From an uncultured Anaerolineaceae bacterium (lineage in GTDB: Bacteria; Chloroflexota; Anaerolineae; Anaerolineales; E44-bin32): a stretch of DNA of 35,595 bases. Positions 18,429 through 26,459 of the stretch are shown in pieces. Both the position numbers and the translations under genes were made by a program. The DNA lies in contig CAZMVJ010000001.1 in assembly GCA_964569445.1 (NCBI GenBank), forward strand, positions 11,183 through 46,777, in the 5' to 3' direction. The stretch's first letter is position 1. Each line of letters begins with the position of its first letter. The notes under the pieces were generated by a model. That model searched no databases. It was not told where the DNA came from and was given only the letters and a program-made list of their open reading frames with translations.

Positions 18429-19501
18429 ACGCCCCGGGTGCGGACCGACGACTGCTCAAGCCGGCACGCGACGTCGGCATCACCGGCTACGGCGCCTACA
18501 TTCCCCGTTTCCGCCTGCCGGCGAAGGAAGTGGCGCGGGTCTGGAAAGGCGGCCAGGGCGGCCTGCCGGTCAAAGAGAAATCCGTCTCCGGAATCGACGA
18601 GGACGTGATCACCATGTCGATCGAAGCGGCCCGCAACGCGCTGGCGCGCGGTCAGGTCGACCCGTCGATGATCCGAGCCGTCTGGGTCGGATCCGAGTCG
18701 CACCCCTATTCCGTCAAACCGACTTCGACCGTCGTGGCCGAGGCCATCGGCGCAACACCCCACACCCAGGCGGCCGATTGGCAATTCGCCTGCAAGGCCG
18801 GCACCGAGGCGGTCCAGGCGGCGATCGGCTTCGTCGGATCGGGGATGGCCGACTACGCTTTGTCGATCGGTATGGACACCGCCCAGGGTCGGCCGGGCGA
18901 CGCCCTCGAATACACCACCGGCGCCGGCGGCGCGGCGATTCTGCTGGGGCCGGCCGGTGATTCGTTGGCGATCTTCGAGGGATCCTATTCCTACGCCACC
19001 GACACGCCCGATTTCTGGCGGCGAGCCGACGAGAAGTACCCCGAGCATGGGGAACGCTTCACCGGCGAACCGGCGTACTTCAAGCACATTCAAGAGGCCG
19101 GCTCCGCCTTGATGCAGGCGTTAGGACGGGGACCGGAGGATTTCCGCTACGCCGTATTCCACCAGCCGAACACCAAGTTCCCGCAGCGGGCGGCCAAGTC
19201 GCTCGGGTTCAAGCTGGAGCAGATCGAGACCGGCCTGCTGGCGCCGGTCATCGGCAACACCTATGCCGGGTCGGCGCTGGTCGGATTGACAGCGATTCTG
19301 GATGAGGCGGCCCCCGGCGATCGGATTCTGCTGGTCTCGTACGGGTCGGGCGCCGGATCGGATGCCTTCAGCCTGGTGGCGACGGAGCGTTTGCCGCAAC
19401 GGCGCGGACTGGCCCCGTCGACGCGCGAGTACATCGCCCGCCGGACCGAGATCGACTACGCCACCTACGCCCGCTACCGGGGCAAGCTCACGATGTCCTG
19501 A
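18425..19501 (+). CDS. Hydroxymethylglutaryl-CoA synthase, archaeal type
   Basis: [50 protein letters not shown]. Confidence 0.93.
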   Translation: MNAPGADRRLLKPARDVGITGYGAYIPRFRLPAKEVARVWKGGQGGLPVKEKSVSGIDEDVITMSIEAARNALARGQVDPSMIRAVWVGSESHPYSVKPTSTVVAEAIGATPHTQAADWQFACKAGTEAVQAAIGFVGSGMADYALSIGMDTAQGRPGDALEYTTGAGGAAILLGPAGDSLAIFEGSYSYATDTPDFWRRADEKYPEHGERFTGEPAYFKHIQEAGSALMQALGRGPEDFRYAVFHQPNTKFPQRAAKSLGFKLEQIETGLLAPVIGNTYAGSALVGLTAILDEAAPGDRILLVSYGSGAGSDAFSLVATERLPQRRGLAPSTREYIARRTEIDYATYARYRGKLTMS

Positions 19502-19550
19502 GGGGAGCGAGGCCGCCAGGCCGAGCGAACCGAAGGGACCTGGCCTGACG
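19497..19550. repeat. Repeat overlapping the HMGCS stop codon, paralogous to 20729-20780
   Basis: cctgaggggagcgaggccgccaggccgagcgaaccgaagggacctg vs cctgagcggagcgagaccgcaggccgagccaagccgaaggagcctg. Confidence 0.75.
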
Positions 19551-19563
19551 GAGGCCGTTCGGG

Positions 19564-20733
19564 ATGCACCAATCTGTATTTGTCCTCGGCGTCGGCATGA
19601 CGCCGGTCGCCGAGCACTGGAGTACCTCGCTGCGCGAGCTGGCGCTCGAGGCCATGCGCGCGGCGATGGCCGACGCCGGGGGAGTCCAGCCCCAGGCGCT
19701 CTACGTCGCCAACGCGCTGGCGCCGATCCTCTCGGGACAATCGCATCTGGGCGCGCTGCTGGCCGACTTCGCCGGCCTAGAAGGAATCGAGGCCACGACG
19801 GTCGAAGCCGCCGGTGCCTCGGGCGGCCTGGCCGTCCGCCAGGCCTGCCTGGCGCTCGAGGCGGGCGCGTTCGAAACGGCGATGGTCGTCGGCGTCGAGA
19901 AGGTGACCGACCGAGTCGGCAGCGGATTGGACGCCGCTCTGTCGGCCTGGAGCGACGCCGACTACGAAGCCGTGCACGGCCTGACGGCCACGTCGCAGGC
20001 GGCGCTGGTCATGCGCCGCTACTTGCATGAGCACGGCGCGCCGTCGGACGCGCTGGCCGGGTTCAGCCTGACCGCGCACCGCAACGCCGTCGGCAATGCC
20101 AACGCGATGTTCCGCAGAGCGATTACCCTCGAAGACTACGCGCGGGCGGGCATGGTCAGCGATCCGCTCAACCTGTACGACGCCGCCCCCCTGGCTGACG
20201 GTGCGGCTGCCATTCTGCTCGGCCGTTCGTCCGTCTCCCGCGTCCCGCAGCGGGCGTCTGTCCGAGTCTTGGGAACGGCCAGCGCCACCGCCCGTCTGGC
20301 GATCCACGATCAACCCGACCTGTTGAGCTTGCCGGCGGCCGCCCTCTCGGCCGAGCGCGCCCTGCAGTCGGCCGGCATCACCCGGGACGATATCGACCTG
20401 TTCGAGCTGCACGACTCCTACAGCATCTACGCCGCCCTGGCCCTGGAAGCCGCCGGGTTCGCCGCGCGTGGTCAGGGCTGGCAGATGGCACGCAACGGCA
20501 CGATCGCACTCGAGGGGAAGCTGCCGCTGACGACCTTTGGCGGATCGAAGGCCCGGGGCGAGGCCGGTGGAGCTACCGGGGCCTATCAGGTGGTCGAAGT
20601 CACGCTGCAGCTCCAAGATCGGGCCGGAGCCAGCCAGGTGAGGGGGGCGCGGATCGGGATGGCCCAGTGTCTGGGGGGTGCCGGAGCGACGGCGGCCACG
20701 ACGATTCTGACACAGGCGGAGAGCCTGCCCTGA
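19564..20733 (+). CDS. Thiolase-superfamily protein (archaeal/SCP2-like) with altered catalytic motifs
   Basis: VEAAGASGG, VGVEK, DGAAA, FELHDSY, GGSKARGEAGGATG, MAQCLGG. Confidence 0.88.
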   Translation: MHQSVFVLGVGMTPVAEHWSTSLRELALEAMRAAMADAGGVQPQALYVANALAPILSGQSHLGALLADFAGLEGIEATTVEAAGASGGLAVRQACLALEAGAFETAMVVGVEKVTDRVGSGLDAALSAWSDADYEAVHGLTATSQAALVMRRYLHEHGAPSDALAGFSLTAHRNAVGNANAMFRRAITLEDYARAGMVSDPLNLYDAAPLADGAAAILLGRSSVSRVPQRASVRVLGTASATARLAIHDQPDLLSLPAAALSAERALQSAGITRDDIDLFELHDSYSIYAALALEAAGFAARGQGWQMARNGTIALEGKLPLTTFGGSKARGEAGGATGAYQVVEVTLQLQDRAGASQVRGARIGMAQCLGGAGATAATTILTQAESLP

Positions 20734-20870
20734 GCGGAGCGAGACCGCAGGCCGAGCCAAGCCGAAGGAGCCTGCCCTCCCGTAAGGACGCCGGGACGGT
20801 GTGAGCCCCTCGGCGGAGCTTGTCCTGAGGCGTAGGCCGAAGGGCTCGGGGCGGGCTCTGTCGAAGGGCT
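20729..20870. repeat. Composite repeat between the thiolase and DUF35 genes
   Basis: First part matches 19497-19550; cccctcggcggagcttgtcctgaggcgtaggccgaagggctc matches 23216-23256. Confidence 0.7.
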
Positions 20871-20939
20871 GATAGTTCTTGAGAGTCCCCCCACCCTACA
20901 CTCTGCAACATCCCGGCCCCCAAGCCGGTGAGGTGTCGA

Positions 20940-21341
20940 ATGGAAATCGCCCGGCATTGGAGACTGAGAACCCAACGGTACGCCCTGGTGGGCGAGGTCT
21001 GCCCGCATTGTGAGGTCAAGATCTTCCCGCCGCGCGATGTCTGTCCGGATTGCGGGCAGGAAGCCCGTCAGCCCTACGCCTTCAGCGGCCGCGGCGAGGT
21101 TTATTCGTTTGCGCCCGTAAGGGAGGCGCCCGCCGGCTTCGAGGAAAACGCTCCCTACACGGTGGCGCTGATCCGGCTGGAAGAGGGCCCGATGGTCACG
21201 GCCCAGTTGACCGACCTCGGGGAAGAGCCGCCCCGCATCGGCCTGCCGGTGGAGATGGTCACGCGCAAGCTGCGCTCTGACGGTGAGCGGGGGATGCTGG
21301 TCTACGGTTACAAGTTCCGGCCGAGATTGGTTGCCGCCTAA
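20940..21341 (+). CDS. DUF35 Zn-ribbon/OB-fold protein (thiolase/HMGCS partner)
   Basis: CPHC..FPPRDVCPDC, G.GEVYSF, PYTVALIRLEEG, YGYKFRP; GAGG RBS. Confidence 0.92.
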   Translation: MEIARHWRLRTQRYALVGEVCPHCEVKIFPPRDVCPDCGQEARQPYAFSGRGEVYSFAPVREAPAGFEENAPYTVALIRLEEGPMVTAQLTDLGEEPPRIGLPVEMVTRKLRSDGERGMLVYGYKFRPRLVAA

Positions 21342-21469
21342 GATCGTCGTCCCAAGAGTTGACGACGGCGGTCCGGAATCCCGGGCCGCCGTTTCTGTTT
21401 CTGGCGGCAGCCCCCGCCAGGCCACGGCACGGGACTTGCACCGTCGGATCCGGTGCGAACCACGCTTGC

Positions 21470-21498
21470 TTGACGCGCCCAAACCCCTGTGCTAGGAT
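21470..21498 (+). promoter_or_regulatory. Sigma70 promoter for the LysM gene
   Basis: TTGACG, 17-bp spacer, TGc-TAGGAT. Confidence 0.65.
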
Positions 21499-21562
21499 GC
21501 CCCGCCTGGGCCCTTCGACTGTTTTCAGGGCGGGCTCCCGCACGAAATCCTTGGAGGTGCCC

Positions 21563-22237
21563 ATGGCTACAATCCCGATGCGAAGGCTGGCAACCGCGGC
21601 GCTGATCGCCTCCGCGCTGTTGATCGGCGCTTGCACCCGCTCGGCCTCGTCCGCCCCCACGGGGACTGCGGCCAGCGGCACAACCAGCCCGCTCACCGGG
21701 CAGCAGGCTACGATGGAGGCGGTCCGCTCGGCTTTGCTGACCCAGACGGCCGCCGCCGTCCCGGGCGGTGGCCCCGCCGCTAACACACCGATACCGGGCG
21801 GCGCCGCCATTTCGACTGCGACGCCTTCCGTGGGTACGCCGGCGGGAACTTCGGCGGCGCAGCCAACCGCCACGCGGACGCTCCCGCCGATCCCGACCCT
21901 CGTCGTGCCAGCGACGTACACTCTGCATGAAGGCGAATTCCCCTTCTGTCTGGCGCGCCGCTTCAACCGGGATCCGGATGACATCCTGGCGATCAATGGC
22001 CTGACGAACAGCTCGATCGTCAGCCCTGGCCAGACCCTGTCGATCCCGACTTCGGGGACCTTCCCCGGACAACGGTCTCTGCTGTCCTCTCCGGCGACGT
22101 ACACCGTCGCCGGCGGCGAGACGATCTACTCGGTGGCGTGCCGCTATGGCGACGTCGACCCGATGGGCATCGCCGCCGCCAACGGCCTTTCGTCTCCATA
22201 CACCCTCACCCCGGGCACGACGATCCAGATCCCTTAG
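21563..22237 (+). CDS. Lipoprotein with Pro/Thr linker and two LysM domains
   Basis: LLIGAC lipobox; YTLHEGE..LARRF..ILAINGL..PGQTLSIP; YTVAGGETIYSVA..IAAANGL..PGTTIQIP; GGAGG RBS. Confidence 0.9.
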   Translation: MATIPMRRLATAALIASALLIGACTRSASSAPTGTAASGTTSPLTGQQATMEAVRSALLTQTAAAVPGGGPAANTPIPGGAAISTATPSVGTPAGTSAAQPTATRTLPPIPTLVVPATYTLHEGEFPFCLARRFNRDPDDILAINGLTNSSIVSPGQTLSIPTSGTFPGQRSLLSSPATYTVAGGETIYSVACRYGDVDPMGIAAANGLSSPYTLTPGTTIQIP

Positions 22238-22315
22238 AAGCCCGGGGACTCGGACAGCTCGAAATTCGAGCGGGGGAGGCCTGCCTCCCCCGCTCCGTCG
22301 TTTGCGGAGGGCCTC

Positions 22316-22858
22316 ATGGGAATTCAGATCCTGCAAAGCGAGATCGTCTACCGCGGCCGCGCCCTGTCGGTCCGGCGTGATCGCGTGCTCCTGGCCGGAG
22401 GACTGCAGTCGGACATGGACGTCGTCGTCCACGCAGGAGCTGTCACGCTCGTCCCGTTCGATGAAGATGGCTTCCTATGGTTCGTCCGCCAGTACCGCCA
22501 CTCGGCCGGGACGGTCTTGCTCGAGCTCCCCGCCGGGACGCTCGAGGAAGGAGAGCGGCCGGAGCATTGCGCCGAGAGGGAATGTCGGGAGGAGATCGGG
22601 ATGGCGCCAGCGCGGTTGGAGCACATCGGCGAGTGCTTCCTGGCGCCGGGATACTCCACCGAGTACATGCACTTCTACCTGGCCACCGGCCTGACCGCGT
22701 CGCCCCTTTCCCCCGACAGCGACGAGGAGATCACCGTCGAGAGGGTCCGGCAGGAACAGGTCGCGGCGCTGATCGCCGCCGGCGAACTGCGCGACGCCAA
22801 ATCGCTGGCAGCGCTATATCTAGCGCGGCCGTGGTTGGAGAAGGACAATACGAGTTAG
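22316..22858 (+). CDS. Nudix hydrolase, ADP-ribose pyrophosphatase-like
   Basis: VRQYRH, ELPAG.LEEGE.PEHCAERECREEIG Nudix box, APGYSTE, DAKS. Confidence 0.9.
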   Translation: MGIQILQSEIVYRGRALSVRRDRVLLAGGLQSDMDVVVHAGAVTLVPFDEDGFLWFVRQYRHSAGTVLLELPAGTLEEGERPEHCAERECREEIGMAPARLEHIGECFLAPGYSTEYMHFYLATGLTASPLSPDSDEEITVERVRQEQVAALIAAGELRDAKSLAALYLARPWLEKDNTS

Positions 22859-22886
22859 TGCCCGTCTCGCAAGACTGCCCATAGGG

Positions 22887-23273
22887 GATTCCCACCTGCA
22901 CCGCACCTGCGGTGAGCCGCACACTTGCCCTGGCGGGCGGTGCCAGGGCGTGCAGGTGTCGCTCGCCCTTCGACTTCGCTCACATCGTCCCGGTGTCCTT
23001 CCTGGAGGGCTCGCTCGGAATGACATAGGCAGGTGAAGCGTGCCAGACGAGGCTTCCGTCCTGTTGTCATTCCGAGGCCCGAGCGGAGCGAGGGCAGAGG
23101 AATCCCCGAGGCCTTCAAGTGCCAGGACTCCTTCTCCTCCTCGTCATTGCGAGCCGCCGCGAGCCCTGCGAGAGGCGGCGTGGCAATCTCCCCATCCGCA
23201 GAGACTCCCGAGGCGCCCTTCGACGGAGCCTGTCCTGGGCGAAAGCGAAGGGCTCAGGGCGCCTGGGGATGAC
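22887..23273. repeat. Dense array of nested palindromic repeats upstream of rplS
   Basis: gattcc[cacctgcac..gtgcaggtg]tcgctcgccc..gctcggaatgaca; tgtcattccgagg..gaggaatcccc; gtcattgcgag..gtggcaatctc; cccttcgacggagcctgtcctg..gaagggctcagg. Confidence 0.8.
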
Positions 23274-23374
23274 CGCCCCTCTGGACGCCTCCCTGCCGGA
23301 CGTGGTAGACTCCTGTTGCGCCGCCCAAGCGTGTGGGGCGGCGGTTGTACGAAACAACATGCCAGGTGGTTCCT

Positions 23375-23725
23375 ATGAGCGACATCAGTAAGGCGGTCGA
23401 AGCCGCCGTCAACCCCCAGATCCCCGAGATTCGGCCCGGTGACACCGTGAGCGTCCACCTGCGGATCAAGGAAGGCGACCGCGAACGGATCCAGGAATTC
23501 CGGGGGACCGTCATCCGCTACCGCAAGGGCGGCAACAACGCCAACTTCACTGTGCGCCGGCTGGCTTCGCATGGGGTCGGCGTGGAACGGACCTTCCTGC
23601 TGCGCTCGCCGCGCATCGAGAAAGTCGAAGTGCAGCGGCAGGCCAAGGTGCGCCGAGCCAAGCTCTACTATCTGCGCGAGCTGGCCGGCAAGCGAGCGCG
23701 GTTGGCAGAGCGCCGCAAAGAGTAG
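23375..23725 (+). CDS. rplS: 50S ribosomal protein L19
   Basis: [44 protein letters not shown]. Confidence 0.97.
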   Translation: MSDISKAVEAAVNPQIPEIRPGDTVSVHLRIKEGDRERIQEFRGTVIRYRKGGNNANFTVRRLASHGVGVERTFLLRSPRIEKVEVQRQAKVRRAKLYYLRELAGKRARLAERRKE

Positions 23726-23742
23726 CGCGGCGCGCGCCGCGA

Positions 23743-23791
23743 TGGGTGCGCCCGGCGGGCACCCCTTCGGGTGCACCTGGGGTGTGCACCC
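23743..23791. repeat. Palindromic hairpin cluster between rplS and murI
   Basis: gggtgcgcccggcgggcaccc followed by gggtgcacctggggtgtgcaccc. Confidence 0.5.
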
Positions 23792-23807
23792 TCTGTTTTC
23801 GACCGTA

Positions 23808-24635
23808 ATGCCCCTCCTCCCCTCTCGACCCATCGGTGTCTTCGATTCCGGCGTCGGCGGACTTTCGATCTTGCGCGAAATGCGCCGGCAGATGCCGGCC
23901 GAGTCCGCCGTCTACTTCGCCGATCAAGGCCACGTCCCTTATGGGCCCCGTCCGCTGGAGCAGGTCCGTGCCTTCTCGGAGGGCATCACCCGCTTCCTGC
24001 TGGACCAGGGCGCCGATCTGATCGTCGTCGCCTGCAACACGGCCTCGGCCGCGGCGCTGAAGCAGCTGCGCCAGACTTTTCCGGATGTCCTCTTTGTGGG
24101 AATGGAGCCGGCGGTCAAGCCGGCGGCCGAAGTCACCCGCTCGGGGGTCGTCGGTGTACTGGCCACGCCGGCTACATTCCAAGGCGAGCTGTACGCCTCG
24201 GTCGTCGAGCGTTTCGGCCAGGGAGTCCGGTTGGTCAATCAGACGGTCCCCGGCCTGGTCGAACAGATCGAAGCGGGGTATCTGGAGGCGCCGGAGACCG
24301 AGGCCCTGATCCGCCGCGCGCTGGAGCCGATCCTGCGAGCGGGCGCCGACACGATCGTGCTGGCCTGCACCCACTATCCGTTCGTCATCCCGCTGATTTC
24401 ACGACTGGCCGGGCCGGAGGTCACCGTGATCGACCCGTCGCCGGCCATCGCCCGCCAGGCGGCCCGTCTGCGCCAGGCCTCCCCGCCGGGCGATCCGGCG
24501 TCACGCGGCTCCGTCGTTCTTGTCACCAGCGGCGACCCGGCCGGATTGACGCGCCTGTCGCTGCCGCTCCTGGGGGAGCAGGCCGAGGCCCGCCGCGCCG
24601 AGTGGCGGGGCGCGTCGCTCGAGCTGTCTCGATAG
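23808..24635 (+). CDS. murI: Glutamate racemase
   Basis: IGVFDSGVGGLS, PYGPR, VACNTAS, EPAVKPA, LACTHYP. Confidence 0.95.
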   Translation: MPLLPSRPIGVFDSGVGGLSILREMRRQMPAESAVYFADQGHVPYGPRPLEQVRAFSEGITRFLLDQGADLIVVACNTASAAALKQLRQTFPDVLFVGMEPAVKPAAEVTRSGVVGVLATPATFQGELYASVVERFGQGVRLVNQTVPGLVEQIEAGYLEAPETEALIRRALEPILRAGADTIVLACTHYPFVIPLISRLAGPEVTVIDPSPAIARQAARLRQASPPGDPASRGSVVLVTSGDPAGLTRLSLPLLGEQAEARRAEWRGASLELSR

Positions 24636-24643
24636 GCCGCGGC

Positions 24644-25873
24644 TCAGCCGCACCCCTTCCCGGCTGGCCCGCGCTTCAACTCCAGCTTGACCCTCTCGTC
24701 GTACGTGAGTTCGAACTTCTGCGGATCCGGGAAGGACGCCGGGTAGCTTTCGCCCAACGCCGAGGTGAATGCGTAGCGGAGCTCGTCGTCCCCCCCGACG
24801 GCCATCGGCGTGATGCGATCGTCGCCTGCCCCGAACGCCTCCAGCCAAGCGTTGATGCCGCCTTCCACGATGTAGGCGTTCATCACGCTCTCGGCGACCA
24901 TCGTCTTCCAGATCGTCGTGGCCGCCGTTTCGTCGTTCGACATCACCAGGAAGACGGTCGTGGCCGGTTCCAGGCGAAACTCCGGCAGAAGCTCGGGCAG
25001 CGCCTCAGGCGTGATGCGCCGGGCGTCGGCCAGGTGGAACAGGTTGTAGTCCGATTCGGCGCGCACATCGAGCAGCACCAGCGTCAAGTCGTGCTCGTGC
25101 ATGAGGTGCAGCACTTCTCCCGGCTGGATCTGAACCTGTCGTTCGGTGAGGGCCGCCGTCTTGGCCTGGGAGACGGCTGCCCAGCGGTCCTCCGTCGAGG
25201 GCTGGCCGATGGCGAGCACGGCCAGCGCCACAGCGATCATGACGGCGGCGCCGGCAAAACGGGCCTTCGGTTCGATCCGCAAGTTGCGTTTGCCGAAGAC
25301 CTTTTCCAGCAGCTCGGCGCCGGCGAACATCCCCAGCGCCATCAGCACGACCAGCAGGACCACCACACCCGCATCGAGGTGGAAGACGTCCATCAAGGTC
25401 AGCCGGCCGAGGTAGGACGAGTTCCAGAAGATGCTGAAGTTGTCGACGGTCTCACCGAAGAGGAAGATCCCGAAGAACACCCCCAGCACGTAGAACAGGC
25501 CATCGATCTTGAAGGTGCCTAGCGCCACCAGCGACGTCCCCGGGCACAGGCCGCCGACGATGAAGCCCACTCCCATGATCAGGCCGCCGACGATTCCCGG
25601 CCATAGATAGGTCGGGTTGACCCAGATCAGGTTGTAGTCGAGCAAGCCCAGCCCGGTGGCGGCGAAGACCAGCGCCATCGCCACGATGATGCCTCCGAAC
25701 ATGACCTTCAGGACGGTCATGTCGGTCAGGTAGAACTGGCCGGCCAGCTTCGGGGCGTAGCCGAAGCCGGCCATCTCCAGGACGTAACCGAAGGCGAAGC
25801 CGATCAGCAGGTAGACCAGCAGCGCTCCGCTGTGGCCGATCAGTCCGTCGAGGGCGAGCGGGAAGATTCCCAT
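24644..25873 (-). CDS. YeeE/YedE-family membrane protein fused to a Cys-less rhodanese-like domain with a C-terminal GKGCG tail
   Basis: GFAFGYVLE..GF, GGLIMGVGFIVGGLCPGTS; LLDVR..DYNLFHL..A and VEGGINAW rhodanese signatures. Confidence 0.88.
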   Translation of the reverse strand: MGIFPLALDGLIGHSGALLVYLLIGFAFGYVLEMAGFGYAPKLAGQFYLTDMTVLKVMFGGIIVAMALVFAATGLGLLDYNLIWVNPTYLWPGIVGGLIMGVGFIVGGLCPGTSLVALGTFKIDGLFYVLGVFFGIFLFGETVDNFSIFWNSSYLGRLTLMDVFHLDAGVVVLLVVLMALGMFAGAELLEKVFGKRNLRIEPKARFAGAAVMIAVALAVLAIGQPSTEDRWAAVSQAKTAALTERQVQIQPGEVLHLMHEHDLTLVLLDVRAESDYNLFHLADARRITPEALPELLPEFRLEPATTVFLVMSNDETAATTIWKTMVAESVMNAYIVEGGINAWLEAFGAGDDRITPMAVGGDDELRYAFTSALGESYPASFPDPQKFELTYDERVKLELKRGPAGKGCG

Positions 25874-25883
25874 GGCGTCCCTC

Positions 25884-26459
25884 CTAGAGCCACAACCGGC
25901 GAATGAAGTAGGCCAGGCCGTAAGCCGAACCGAAGATGGCGAACATCAGCACCCAGCTGCCTGCCGAGAGGACGGCGCCCCCCGACAGCGCCTGGCCGGA
26001 GGTGCAGCCGCGGGCGAAGCGCGCGCCAAAGCCCATGATCGTTCCCCCGGCGAACGCCATCACCCAGCGAGTGCGGGTCGAGATATGCGGGCCCTTGGCC
26101 GTCTCGAGCTTGAGGCGGCCGTTGCGCCAACCGGAGGCGAAGCCGCCGAGCACCGCGCCGACCGCCACCAGCACGACCCAATCGTCGAGCGGATTGCGGT
26201 CGCCGCCGGCCAGGTTGATCAGGTAGGGCACGCGATCGACGTGCTCGGGGGCCACCAGGTCCTCGACGTAGACGATCATCCGATTGAGCCCGCCCGAGGC
26301 GCCCAACCCGTTGCCGGTGAGGAAGAACGAGGCGAACAGCACCAGGCCCAACAGGGCTCCGGCGAAGTACGGGTGGGTGTAGGGTTTCGCCGGCCGCGAT
26401 TGGAGCCGCTTCCAGAATCCGGGCCGCGGGCCGGGGTGGGCTTGCGTTGTGGCGGTCAT
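25884..26459 (-). CDS. YeeE/YedE-family (half) sulfur-compound transporter
   Basis: PYFAGALLG, LGASG, GAVLGGF, GGTIMGFGARFARGCTSGQALSG. Confidence 0.9.
   Translation of the reverse strand: MTATTQAHPGPRPGFWKRLQSRPAKPYTHPYFAGALLGLVLFASFFLTGNGLGASGGLNRMIVYVEDLVAPEHVDRVPYLINLAGGDRNPLDDWVVLVAVGAVLGGFASGWRNGRLKLETAKGPHISTRTRWVMAFAGGTIMGFGARFARGCTSGQALSGGAVLSAGSWVLMFAIFGSAYGLAYFIRRLWL

Noticed and set aside
24600-24646. Selenocysteine readthrough at the GCG-TGA end of the YeeE-rhodanese gene
   Set aside because: No convincing SECIS hairpin after the TGA, and the sequence runs into the convergent murI within 8 bp
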